The notes beneath the pieces were generated by a model. That model was not told the DNA's origin, did not search any database, and worked only from the letters and a program-made list of their open reading frames with translations. Below are positions 31,336 to 42,110 of a stretch of 64,000 nt of DNA, in pieces (position 1 is the stretch's first letter; each line of letters begins with the position of its first letter). The position numbers were made by a program, and so were the translations under genes. Where the stretch lies: the NCBI GenBank assembly GCA_000165345.1, contig CM000429.1, forward strand, positions 480,001-544,000, read 5' to 3'.

Positions 31336-31638
31336 ATTAAGTTTAAAATTCTAGGATGAATTAGAAATTCAAACAAAAATTTTGTGGTTTATATATAAAG
31401 GAAAGGGTTTTAGTATAAAACTAGAACTACCTTTTACTTTCTGTAGTTTATCTCCTTTATTCAGGTTATATTAAAATTTTTGCATGTTTAATTGCATTAT
31501 TTGGCGCTAATGTAATTTTATTTGACACGAAACTTAGGTCTCTAAAAACTTAATTTAAATAACTCTCGATTTCATTCAATAGATGAACAATTATGCCCAA
31601 ATATTAACCAATTTATAATACAAACTTAGTGGAATAAG

Positions 31639-34600
31639 ATGCCTTTATCAAACTACCATAATGAAAGTATTAAAAATATTTGGTTTGGAAATTATTCTCG
31701 AAAAAATGGGCCTAGTCTAATAAAAAAAATCAATATTAATAAAAACACAATTTCATTCATTAAAACGGTATCTCAATTATTAATTATTGATATAATTTTT
31801 ATTATATCTAATATCTATATTAACAGATACATGCTTTCTTTTAAAAGCATTTTTATGTTGGCAATTAATATTCCAATAATATATTTATCTTTGTTTATTT
31901 CACAAAGATTAAATATTTGTTCCTCTGAATTTGTATCGAATCTGGAAAAAAAATTAAATTTTAATACGCTCGAGTCTGGGATTTCAAGTAACAAATTATT
32001 GAGTCTTGAGATTCAATGCTTAAATTCCCTTCGCTTAATAGAAAATGGTTTGATTTCTATTGTTCACTTAATACTTTATCCTGTCAGATTTGGTTTCTTT
32101 GGCTATATTTTTTTTAATAGCAACTGGAATACTTTTTTATTTGTGAATAAAGTTATAGAATTATTCATTTTTACTACAATTTTTGAATGTTTGAGAATTA
32201 AATTATTAATTATTCCTGAACAAAAATCACTTATTATGAACATTAGTGATTATTTTGATAGCTTGAAGACGCTATTACTATTAAGTAACCATAGAGAAGT
32301 TTTCATAAATACACAAAAAATCATTGACTTTACAAAAGGATTATTAAGTTATATACTTGTAATATTTCAAAGTATTTGCACGATGTACCTTGTTTTTAAA
32401 ATAGTGCATTTTTTCAATGAAAAGTCACATGAATTTGGCTTATCACAAATCTATATATTCAATTATTGGTTTGCAATCTATTTACTTTATTCAACAAGAT
32501 ACATTAATTCATGTATCCATTTCATTATTAATTATCGTTATTTTGTTACTCTTTTTCAATTACCCAGTGATACTGGATTAAATTATAGCTTTATACCACA
32601 AAAGATAAGTTATTTCGATAAAAATCATCAAGAATCCGATAAAAATCAAATTTCAGAGCCTTTAATTGATTTCAAAGATTCAGGTAATGAATTTAAAATA
32701 AAAAATAATTACGATACTCTTAACAAAAAATATTCATTAATTTACAATATTCACGATAGTCTGGATAACAGATTCCAAAAAAATTATTCCATTTCAAAAA
32801 AAGTTTCTGATACAATTAATGTTATATCCAATGGAACCAACATTGGTAATGATAATTATGATACCTTAGAAAATGATCATGAATTTAATTTTCAAATTTC
32901 AAATAATTTGTTTAATTCAACAATTATTACTTATAAAAATTTATCAATCTCTGAGAATAAATTTAAAAAACAAATTCACAATTCAAGCAATAAATTTAAG
33001 TTTTTGTTTAATTTATTTGAAAAAAAAATGGGACAAACTAATTATTGTTTAAGCGATCATTGCAATAATCATATGGAAATTACTGACAAGGAATTAATGG
33101 AACATAGATTTTATCTAAATAATATAAATTTATCAATTAAAATGAATGAAGTAATTATTATATTTGGGTCTGATGATAAAAGTAAAGAATTATTAACGAA
33201 ATTTGTTTCTGGATTTCCTGGAATTCAGAGTAATGAACAACTCAAATCTCATTCGACAAATCTTCTCAATTACGATGTTTTTTTAATGAATAGAAAAATG
33301 CTTGAATTTGTCTCAAATTTTTTTGAATATCAAAATTCAGAATTTATAATAGACCCATTCGATTTCATATTATCTGGAAAACCATTTAACAAACATATTT
33401 TTGAGTTGATATATGACTCATTTTTATCTCAATATTTTACGAAGATTGAACCTTCGCATGTGAATTCTGAGACAATTAAAAATTATATTTATCCAAAAGT
33501 TGAAAGTATTCAACAATTTGTCGAGGCAAAAATATTTTTACAACTTTCTCAGTTCTTTTATAACATTTTGACTACGCTTGATAATTATTCATTCGCAATT
33601 GTGATTATTGATGGTATTTTTGAATTATTACTTCCAGAAACTTACATTAAACTAGTTGAAAAGATATTACCGAATAATTCAATATTTTCAGAGTTTAATA
33701 TTTCTTTTATTATTACAACGAATAGTGATTTATTCCCATATTTATCTTATTTATATCAAAATAATTCATATGTCAAGTTGGCAGTGATTAATACGGGAGG
33801 ACTATATTTTACCAAAGATAATTACTTGAAAGTGGAAATTAAAAACAAATTTGTTGAAAATTTGCCGTCAATAGATAATACAATAAATGAAATTTTTAAT
33901 ATTAAATTAAAGAATAACAATACTTACCCTTGTTCAACAAGTATTTCTTCTATCAGCAGATTATTCTTTAAAAGATTTGAAACTAGGAATTTTTATTCAA
34001 GCAAATATTTGATCTATGTTTTTTTTATTGCACTATTTTCATTTACTGTAAAATTGACGATATTTTCTTGCCAGCACCTGACGAAGAATCACAAAAATGT
34101 TAACAATATTTACGACTTTTTTGTATTTGAAACTCTATCTTTTTACCCTCTATACTCGCTAGTTATAACTTCAAGAAATTCTTATTCAAATGGTTTATCA
34201 AGCATACTAATAGGATACGGAGTAATTTCATCGCTTATGCTTAATAGTTATAATGCTTTTTTTTCAGAATCAAACTTCTTGAAAAATAACGAAGTCGTTT
34301 TCAATGAAGGAGAAGTTGATAATTTTGAGGAAATTCCGGAATTTTTGAGAGATATACCAGAAAAACATTACAGTTCCTCACATTTTATTCAATTTAACGG
34401 AAAACAAATATTAAGGACAGAATCATTGTTTTACAAGGATCATTTTCTTAGCTCAAAGACAATAAATATACCTGGAATCAAGCCTAAAGGATTTAATAGT
34501 GCTCTAATTTCGTCCAAGAAAATAAGAAATATCTTAATATGGAAATCAAAAAAAGAATCTAATATTAAATTGTTACAAAAATATGAACAATTTACCATGG

Positions 34601-36339
34601 AAAAAAATCATAAATTTAAATTTAACAAAAATACAATCTTGATATTAACAATATTCTTTTTTATAAATATTGTTTCAAAGGCATTAATAAATATATTAAT
34701 TTTTGGATTTTCGTTAATTAACATTAATTCAATGAGTTATTATAATTGTTTTCATGAATTTTTGAAAATTATTTTGTCTTCAGATGATCCTATTTCAGTT
34801 ATTAATGATATTGAGATAAGAAAAAATAGATATTGTTTATATCTTTTCAAAGAAATATATTGCAAAAGAAGTAAAGTTACAATCCATTATCTAACTTTAA
34901 TTCACTTTCTCAATTTATTACTCTTTTTTGGAATTTCAAACAACTTGCATTATACCGTTGGAATTAGAATATTAATGAACAAGAATCTGCTTATTATTAC
35001 AATATTGTTTCCAATTTTATATAATATTATTAATTTTTCAAACTTTAATATTAACAAAACCAAATATTCAAATCTTGGGTGCAATTCATTTGATTATTAT
35101 TATTACTTGAATAAAAGCAACTCATTACCGTGGTTCAAACGCCAAATATTTAAACTATTAAAACTTAAACAGGAAAACCTCAAAGAATTTTCTAGTTTTA
35201 AAGTGAATTTACTGTTAAATTCGTTCATTTTATCGATTGTAGTTTCATTTCTATACTTTTTATTCAATTATAAAAAGAATGAAAATAATCAACAGCTGAA
35301 AATTGATTTAATAACACTTCTACCAATAATATTTTTTTTAATTCAATCTATTCATTTTCATATTACTCAAAGATCAAAAACTAATACCTTTCATAAACTA
35401 AATCTTTATAGTTACATAAGATGGTTAAAAACATCACTGCAGAAAGCTTATTATTTTCCAATTTATATAAATAAATCAGCAAGTTCAACATCTCCAAAAA
35501 CTAATACTAGCTTTTCATCAAATAAAAGAAATAGTACTTTATATGAAGATGGATATGAACTTTCAACACCAATATCAGGAGATTCTCTGAAAGTTGACCC
35601 GATAATTTCTATTAGTTCGACAAAAGTTCATTTGAGCTCTAATATCGTATTAATTCTGATCAATCCTCTTTTATTTCTAGATAATTCTTTGACATTTGGA
35701 TATGGAAAATCGCCTATATTTCCAATTAAGCAATTAAAGACAGTAAAGATTAATAACTTTGATAGAATTGCAGTAATTTCTAACCATAATTTAATATCAT
35801 CATATTGGACAATTAATATGGTTTTAGATCCGAAAGGCATGTATACAAATGACAATAAAAGCCTTTTGCATACATTAAAATCATTAGACATTTTCCCTAA
35901 TGTACTCGACAATTTTGACCAGAATGTAATTTTGAACATGCCAATACGAGAATATTTAGAATTTTTTAATTCTCAAGTTGTTGATAGTGAATTGTCTGTC
36001 ACCGGTGATATCAAAATTACAAATTTTGAACGCGATATTAGATCACAAGATTTGAATAAATTAGAGCAACACTTAAGTAAAGCAGAAGAAAACTTACGTG
36101 ATACAATTTATATTAAAAAGTTATTGCTTTTTGGACATTTTGCACTTTATTCTATGTACTACAGAGAACTAATTTTACACTTAGATTATAATATGGATCT
36201 TAATGTTTGGATTTCACTTGTCAAACAATTTTTTGATAACGAGGAATCTTCAATTAATAATATAATAATTATTTCAACAGAAACAGATTTACCAAATATC
36301 ATTGAAACTGAAACTAGATTATATAATGAAGGGAAGTAA
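31639..36339 (+). CDS. Large polytopic membrane protein (1566 aa) with two degenerate ABC-type nucleotide-binding-like regions (ABC transporter-like, probably non-canonical)
   Basis: Many predicted TM helices lie in two clusters. After the first cluster there is a degenerate Walker A (IIFGSDDKSKELL), a signature-like ILSGKP and a Walker-B-like AIVIIDG. Near the C-terminus there is a Walker-B-like LILINPLLFLDNSL and an H-loop-like RIAVISNHNL. True ATG start. Confidence 0.45.
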   Translation: MPLSNYHNESIKNIWFGNYSRKNGPSLIKKININKNTISFIKTVSQLLIIDIIFIISNIYINRYMLSFKSIFMLAINIPIIYLSLFISQRLNICSSEFVSNLEKKLNFNTLESGISSNKLLSLEIQCLNSLRLIENGLISIVHLILYPVRFGFFGYIFFNSNWNTFLFVNKVIELFIFTTIFECLRIKLLIIPEQKSLIMNISDYFDSLKTLLLLSNHREVFINTQKIIDFTKGLLSYILVIFQSICTMYLVFKIVHFFNEKSHEFGLSQIYIFNYWFAIYLLYSTRYINSCIHFIINYRYFVTLFQLPSDTGLNYSFIPQKISYFDKNHQESDKNQISEPLIDFKDSGNEFKIKNNYDTLNKKYSLIYNIHDSLDNRFQKNYSISKKVSDTINVISNGTNIGNDNYDTLENDHEFNFQISNNLFNSTIITYKNLSISENKFKKQIHNSSNKFKFLFNLFEKKMGQTNYCLSDHCNNHMEITDKELMEHRFYLNNINLSIKMNEVIIIFGSDDKSKELLTKFVSGFPGIQSNEQLKSHSTNLLNYDVFLMNRKMLEFVSNFFEYQNSEFIIDPFDFILSGKPFNKHIFELIYDSFLSQYFTKIEPSHVNSETIKNYIYPKVESIQQFVEAKIFLQLSQFFYNILTTLDNYSFAIVIIDGIFELLLPETYIKLVEKILPNNSIFSEFNISFIITTNSDLFPYLSYLYQNNSYVKLAVINTGGLYFTKDNYLKVEIKNKFVENLPSIDNTINEIFNIKLKNNNTYPCSTSISSISRLFFKRFETRNFYSSKYLIYVFFIALFSFTVKLTIFSCQHLTKNHKNVNNIYDFFVFETLSFYPLYSLVITSRNSYSNGLSSILIGYGVISSLMLNSYNAFFSESNFLKNNEVVFNEGEVDNFEEIPEFLRDIPEKHYSSSHFIQFNGKQILRTESLFYKDHFLSSKTINIPGIKPKGFNSALISSKKIRNILIWKSKKESNIKLLQKYEQFTMEKNHKFKFNKNTILILTIFFFINIVSKALINILIFGFSLININSMSYYNCFHEFLKIILSSDDPISVINDIEIRKNRYCLYLFKEIYCKRSKVTIHYLTLIHFLNLLLFFGISNNLHYTVGIRILMNKNLLIITILFPILYNIINFSNFNINKTKYSNLGCNSFDYYYYLNKSNSLPWFKRQIFKLLKLKQENLKEFSSFKVNLLLNSFILSIVVSFLYFLFNYKKNENNQQLKIDLITLLPIIFFLIQSIHFHITQRSKTNTFHKLNLYSYIRWLKTSLQKAYYFPIYINKSASSTSPKTNTSFSSNKRNSTLYEDGYELSTPISGDSLKVDPIISISSTKVHLSSNIVLILINPLLFLDNSLTFGYGKSPIFPIKQLKTVKINNFDRIAVISNHNLISSYWTINMVLDPKGMYTNDNKSLLHTLKSLDIFPNVLDNFDQNVILNMPIREYLEFFNSQVVDSELSVTGDIKITNFERDIRSQDLNKLEQHLSKAEENLRDTIYIKKLLLFGHFALYSMYYRELILHLDYNMDLNVWISLVKQFFDNEESSINNIIIISTETDLPNIIETETRLYNEGK

Positions 36340-36524
36340 ATATTTTTTTTTTATTAAAAGAGAGGTTCCGTTTATGTAGTTGACACAAAGATTAATGGAA
36401 GTTAATTAGATTTTTTGGCCTTATAGTTTGCGCCACTATAGCGAAAATTAAACGATATTTCCAGATTAACTGGAAATAAATTTAAGAATTCAAATAATGA
36501 AATTTGGTTGATTGGACTTTTATT

Positions 36525-37330
36525 ATGGACATAGAAAAAAATAAACTTGATAAAATCAAACAACAGATTGAATTTTACTTCAGCGATTCTAATATCAGAC
36601 ATGATAAATACTTTAGAAGCAAACTTACAGAATACAAATATTTACACAACTTTGGAATTCCAATTTCATTAATTTCTACCTTTAACAAGATGATTGAGCT
36701 TAATGTAAGTCAAAGAATTTCTTAAAATTGATCTAAAGTTGTAATGTTATACTAGGCTTCTGTACAAGACATTATTAATTCTCTTTCTTCTTCGAAAGTA
36801 GTGTTTGTTAACATTGAAACTTTGACTATTCATCGTTTTAAGCCAATTAATATTGATTTATGCACAGTAATTCCACGCGATAAAATGCTCTTTATTAAGA
36901 GTATACCGACAAAATGGAACCACAATAATGTAAAGTCACTTTTGGGTAGATTTGGAAAGGTATCTGTTGTAAAACTACCAAAAATTAATAAATCGAATAC
37001 AAGAAGGTTAGTTGATCTTGAACCAATATTGTGTTTAGGGTGAGATTCAGAAAATACTGTTCACTATTTATTCTTATTTTTCCTATACTCCATGCATTCA
37101 ACATCTACACATTTATCTTCATGTTTAGGCACTATGGATTTGTTGAGATGGAAACGGCTCAACAAGCCACGAACGCTATAGAGAATTACAAAGAAGTTTT
37201 CCCATTCTCAAAGATCATGGTGTTACCTTGGTCTGAGTGGATCTCGACAAAAAACGTTTTTAAGGAAAAGTCGAAGAAAAAAATCAAGTTTTCGATTACA
37301 GCAAAAAAACAAAACGGGCATCCTCATTGA
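36525..37330 (+). CDS. La-motif + RRM protein (La/SSB-like), three exons
   Basis: La motif KIKQQIEFYFSDSNIRHDKYF. Exon 1 is ~36525-36704 with a GTAAGT donor; intron 1 ends at actAG (~36755). Exon 2 carries RNP2 (LFIKSIP). Its donor is at ~37007 (GTTAGT) or ~37040 (GTGAGA), and the acceptor is at tttAG (~37128). Exon 3 carries RNP1-like HYGFVEME and stops at 37330. The track start at 36504 is a TTG. Confidence 0.6.
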
Positions 37331-37499
37331 TTACACCCACCGCTTATGGGCTGTGGTAACTAGTATCGAAGAGTACTAGAGACGAAATGATAAATTATTA
37401 TAAAAGCGACTGCCAAATAAATACGTCAAAACTACATTAATGTTTCGAAGATTTCAAAAAACATCGACTAATTCTTAATATTGAATTTATTATATATAT

Positions 37500-38822
37500 T
37501 TATCCCCACTCATTGGAGCCCCATGAACTCCACCATTTCTTCCTGACATTCTGGTAGTGACTAGGAGAAGCATGACTTTCTCCATTTTCCGTATTTCTAA
37601 TAGTTCTCAAATTACTTATCATATACCTTGTTAATTCCTTGAGTGAATCCCTTGTATATCCTGTGTAATACTCAACTGCAGGCGCCCAACTTTCTTCAAC
37701 ACCTTCTATTTTATGCGCCAACATTAAGCATGCGCATGCAAGCTTCGATGCGCAAACTCCCATCATCGCGGGCTCGTGAATAGCTAGATGAGAGAGATAA
37801 ATTGATAAACTTTCGACTCTAGTAGCTTTATTGCCAGTATATTGATCTTTAAATACTAAGCAATAACGCTTAATATAATCACTTGGTTTCGGAAATTCAA
37901 TACTCCAGTCTAAAGCATCAAGCACAACCCCTTCACAAAACAATATTGCCGCAATATTAAGCCCACATTTTTCTGCTACATCACTCAATGCAGGAAGAGG
38001 CGGTATCTTCAAATTTTCACCTTGCACGTATGCAGCTTCATATTTAAGGGCTATCCAGAAGCATGTGGCACTCACAAGCGTCATCTCTGAAGCTCTTTGG
38101 AAATGTTTAAGGCCTAAAATACGATCCAACATAGAATTGGCAATAACAGTTACCTCATCGGGAACATTAAACGTGATTTGAAGCCCAAATAGCAGATTCA
38201 CTCCACTTCTTTTCCATTCCAAAATTTGCTTACCTACGCTTGGCTGCGCAGAGACGACTTGTGATGCTGTGAATAACAATGGTTCTTTTTTAGACTCGAG
38301 GTCTCTTGATGTCTGATATATTGCCTCTGCATATTCTGAAAAAAATGAAGCATCAGTATTATTCATATCTACATTAACAACCTTTTCCAATGTACTAGTA
38401 TATTGCGCCCCAACAGTTTTCAACTGTTTTTCTGCGAACGTGTTAGGATTAACAACATTTTCCTTATTAGTAGGACTTTCTTTACCGTTGAATTTTTCAT
38501 TATATGACGGACCGGGAATTGCCTTACTGCCTGGCTTCGCAGCATTTGAATTTTTGGAATTAGCATCCGTCAATTTACTCGAGTGTTTTTGGTTGCACAT
38601 GGATGTGTTTGATATATTAATTACATTCCCTGCGGACGATGTCATGCTTCTTGTGATTGGTTTATTCGTAATAACACCTGCATTCTTCATATCTTGTGAA
38701 TTCATGACTTGTAAATTACCTTGATTAACCAATTTACGACAATTTTCACCATATAATGTTATGTTATTACTAGAGTTACTTGCATGACCTTGAATAATTT
38801 TATTTAGTCTTTCAGACCTCAT
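37500..38822 (-). CDS. Cyclin
   Basis: Cyclin-box fold (..MLDRILGLKHF..EMTLVSATCFWIALKYEAAY.., with a second helical repeat). The track start at 39026 is a TTG, and the first in-frame ATG is at 38822 (MRSERL). An upstream 5' exon cannot be excluded. Confidence 0.65.
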   Translation of the reverse strand: MRSERLNKIIQGHASNSSNNITLYGENCRKLVNQGNLQVMNSQDMKNAGVITNKPITRSMTSSAGNVINISNTSMCNQKHSSKLTDANSKNSNAAKPGSKAIPGPSYNEKFNGKESPTNKENVVNPNTFAEKQLKTVGAQYTSTLEKVVNVDMNNTDASFFSEYAEAIYQTSRDLESKKEPLLFTASQVVSAQPSVGKQILEWKRSGVNLLFGLQITFNVPDEVTVIANSMLDRILGLKHFQRASEMTLVSATCFWIALKYEAAYVQGENLKIPPLPALSDVAEKCGLNIAAILFCEGVVLDALDWSIEFPKPSDYIKRYCLVFKDQYTGNKATRVESLSIYLSHLAIHEPAMMGVCASKLACACLMLAHKIEGVEESWAPAVEYYTGYTRDSLKELTRYMISNLRTIRNTENGESHASPSHYQNVRKKWWSSWGSNEWG

Positions 38823-39354
38823 TATTTCTTTAATTAGTGAATAACCCCAATTAGGTGATATTGAGTACCCAAATACCAGCTCAGATGGTATAAAATAAAC
38901 CAATATATGGATAAAGGTATACTCCTCCAACGAAACAATTACTCGATTAAGTCTAAAGTTTAGTAATTGAATAGAGGAAAATATTCTTGCTACTTGAACT
39001 AAAGATTCCAAATTATTCAGTGCCAATAAACCTTTATATTATAATCTCTTACACTACCTTTTCTTATACTAGCGTACTCGCTGAATCAAAACTAAAGTTA
39101 ACTATTGTATGAATACAATCAATCTTACACAACTTGTTTTCTATTTAATATTTTGGCTCTTCAACTTTTCTTTCAATTAGTATTAGTCACTTACCATAGA
39201 TTCTTCAATTGTTTGCCATCTCTTCTTTCTGCCTCCTCTTGATCTTTATATAAATGACCAACTCTTGACCTAATCTACTCAACCTATTAACTGGTTTCAG
39301 CCACTATGAGATCAAAATCCTTTTACCCGTATATGATACATTACGCCAAAAAAC

Positions 39355-39500
39355 ATGCGGACAGACGTGTCAATAAACCACACATTTTATTACAGACATA
39401 AACGCATGCAAGCAGACGTCATAGGGGTTGGACGTGGAAAAGGAATATTACCAGCCTTGGGCGCGCGACAAGACGTATTCCCCACCTTGGACCAAGTAAA
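39355..39500. promoter_or_regulatory. GC-rich motif island in the cyclin / SANT-gene divergent intergenic region: four AGACGT(N) repeats, a GCATGCA (apicomplexan AP2-type) motif and a TTGGGCGCGCG (E2F-like) motif
   Basis: The motifs gacagacgtgtc, gcatgcaagcagacgtcat, ggacgtgg, cttgggcgcgcgacaagacgt are seen directly. They sit ~330-680 bp upstream of the minus-strand cyclin and ~500-650 bp upstream of the plus-strand SANT gene. Confidence 0.3.
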
Positions 39501-40005
39501 TGAAAACAAAAGTTTGGATTTATGGAATAACAAATTCGACATTTTTAACTTTGAGAATAAACTATATTCGATTTTCGGGAACATTGATGACACGGTGTTT
39601 AAATAGATATTTTTTCGGTTAATTCTTTTCCCTCGCCCGGATTAAGTTATTGCTGCACAACTAATATGCTGATGCTAGCTTTTAGTGTTTGAAGGTTCAA
39701 TAACTTTAGACACAAAATTAATTGTTGGCTAACTTCAATACGCCATTATGCCTGATAGCTAGAATATCAAATCCCTACTAAAACAGAATCGAAATTCTTG
39801 GTTAGTTCTTCCAGGAATGCGGACATTACCGGACTTTCGTTATCTGAGACGAGGTTATTTTCGGGGATTATCTTTATTATTTTTCCTGGAGTTCAGATTC
39901 TTTAATTTAATCTATCATTTAATTAATATTTTTTAATGTGGTAGTTGCGGTTGAACATTTATTAATTTATCTCTTCGTAGCGGCGTAAAACAAACAAAAA
40001 GTTAA

Positions 40006-40848
40006 ATGAACATTGTGCAGAACATGAAAAAGAATTCAGCTGGAGTTACATTAAATAAATCTAAAAATTTTTCGAGTCACAAATATTCATTTCAAGGAAC
40101 TCAAAATCAGGTTGACAAAACAGCTGTTATTAAAGGTATTAATTCTCAAATTCAAGCTAAAACAAATGATCAAATTCCAAAAAAAAATGTTACAGAAAAT
40201 TCCAATCTTAATGATTCTGAGTTGAACACTATTTCTTGTTCTAATAATAATTCAGACAGTTCTAGCTCAGCTTTTAATAGTACATTTCATTTACCATATA
40301 ATTTCAAGGAAGTTCCAGAACCAAAAATAAGAAGCGAGCTAATGAAAAAAAAAATTTCGAAATTGGAATCTTATCTATCTCTCTGCGAGGATTTATATCT
40401 AGGAGGTATTTCAAAAACACAAACAGTTTCTGAAATATTTCAATCGTTGATAATTTCTCATAATATTGACCATGAAGAACAATTTAATGCATTCTTAAAA
40501 AGGCAGTCGATTAATAATGGCTTCACAAAGTCAAGTACAAAAGCGAACTCAAAAAACTCTAATTTGCAAGAACCGATTACAAACGCAGAGAATATTATAT
40601 CTCCTTTACAGCTACTAACACATCCATTTAGAAATAAAGAAGTAATTGACTTATGGGGCCCACATGAAGTAATCCTCTTTGAATGCGGTGTTTGTAAGTA
40701 TGGTAAGGAATTCGACAAAATTCAAAGAATAATTAAAACAAAGACTACAAAAGAAATAGTTGATTTTTATTATTGTATTTGGAAAAGAACGAGTAGATAT
40801 AAGGCTTGGAAAAGTAATAGACAACTTTCTGAATATATTTTTTCTTAA
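40006..40848 (+). CDS. SANT/Myb-like domain protein (MTA/MIER-type SANT)
   Basis: C-terminal W(x)HEVILFECGVCKYGKEFDKIQRII.TKTTKEIVDFYYCIWKRTSRY closely follows the ELM2-associated SANT pattern (..FYYxWKxT.RY). True ATG start. Confidence 0.55.
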   Translation: MNIVQNMKKNSAGVTLNKSKNFSSHKYSFQGTQNQVDKTAVIKGINSQIQAKTNDQIPKKNVTENSNLNDSELNTISCSNNNSDSSSSAFNSTFHLPYNFKEVPEPKIRSELMKKKISKLESYLSLCEDLYLGGISKTQTVSEIFQSLIISHNIDHEEQFNAFLKRQSINNGFTKSSTKANSKNSNLQEPITNAENIISPLQLLTHPFRNKEVIDLWGPHEVILFECGVCKYGKEFDKIQRIIKTKTTKEIVDFYYCIWKRTSRYKAWKSNRQLSEYIFS

Positions 40849-41015
40849 AAAGTTTTTGGCCAACATTTTTTTTTTTAATGAAAAGATATTATTTTATAAC
40901 CCGATGTAAATATGGAGCTATCAGTAATTCAAGAGTTATAGATTGTAGTTAATTCATTCTTAGATTAATTAATATTTTTTAAGCAATTAGCCACCGTTTA
41001 AAGGCGCATTAAGCC

Positions 41016-41043
41016 AGTTTTTTCTTTTTTTTTTTTTTTTTTT
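41016..41043. repeat. Poly(T) homopolymer tract (~27 nt) upstream of Rad1
   Basis: tttttctttttttttttttttttttttaaataaaa is seen directly, ~40 bp upstream of the Rad1 ATG. Confidence 0.8.
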
Positions 41044-41083
41044 AAATAAAAAGCGTGCGTAAAACGGATAAAAAACAAAGCTG

Positions 41084-42110
41084 ATGGAAGCATGCCTTTT
41101 TGATGTTCAATCGTTGGTAAAGACAATTCAAAGCCTGCAGTTAAGCAAGGCTAACAAAAAAAATGGCGAGGGACAATTTTTAACGTGCATGATTTCAGCG
41201 CAAGGGATCAAATTGAGCAATAGCACTTTGAGCAAAGACGTTTATTGCTGCTCTTGGCTGAGGAAAAATATTTTTAAAAAGTATCTATACGAGGCAAGCC
41301 AAACAAACTGTTCACGCTTCGAGATTTGTTTGGGTACAATTTTAAATTGCATTCAAGTTTTTGGTTTAGATGCAAAGATGGTTATTTTAACCTATGATCA
41401 TGTTAGCCTGCATTTGAGCATTACAGATGATGATGGCGCTGTCACTGATTGTAGCTTATGCACCTATAACATTTCTGAGGAAACTAATGAATTTTATTAT
41501 TCCAATTTTTTAGATTGCAAAAATGTTGCAATTTTTGATTTGGATTATGTGACAATGTTCCCAATCATATTAAGAGAGCTATTAAAAGATCTTTGCGATG
41601 TTGGGAGATCTGAGAGCAAGGTAAGTTAAATAATTGATTATAGTTTCTACTTAGAATAATTTTTATTAGATAAAGATAGAATTTCACCCTATTAACCAGG
41701 AGCAGACTTGCATTCTGTCTTTCTCATGTTCTGTAGAAGGCAAGGAGTGTATTTGGGAATTTTCAGATGATCATAGTGTTTTCACTGGCTGCAGAATTGT
41801 TCAGTCTCACTGTTATTTTTACTCTCTTAAATCATTATCTCAGCTTGAGAAGTCTTTGAATGTTTGTTCACTTCTGCGAATTGTTATTGGAAACAACGGA
41901 TTACTAAATTTACAGATGGCTATAAAAAATGATTCTCAAAATGTAGTTAAAGGAGGAACTTGCAACTCAAATATTGAAGGGCGTAGTCCAGAACACGATG
42001 ATAACAAATATCAGCAAATATTCAATACTGAATTCATTATTTTTCCTATAAACTATGTTCAAGAGGAAGATTATAACTATCAAATTAATAATAATGACTT
42101 TAAACTATAA
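41084..42110 (+). CDS. RAD1: Rad1 (9-1-1 checkpoint clamp subunit), two exons
   Basis: Exon 1 is 41084-~41620, ending ..GRSESK, followed by GTAAGT. A ~49-bp intron ends at ttattAG (~41669). Exon 2, ~41670-42110, is open in the other frame. The product aligns with Rad1 at FEICLGTILNCIQVFG, in the middle and in the C-terminal block GLLNLQMAIKND...FIIFPINYVQEED. Confidence 0.7.

Noticed and set aside
39300-39340. U5 snRNA-like 'ccttttac' segment
   Set aside because: The match breaks immediately after CUUUUAC (no CUAAAGA loop continuation), and there is no Sm site or flanking stem.
39355-39606. 83-aa ORF (and an antisense 67-aa ORF) in the cyclin/SANT intergenic region
   Set aside because: Short, with no start context and no homology. 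It coincides with a GC-rich motif island and is more plausibly regulatory DNA than coding.
42105-42110. Possibility that the Rad1 3' exon and the 559-aa minus-strand ORF are one mis-oriented gene
   Set aside because: Each strand has its own long ORF with independent stop codons, and Rad1 homology continues to the plus-strand stop. I interpret them as convergent neighbours with a tiny overlap.
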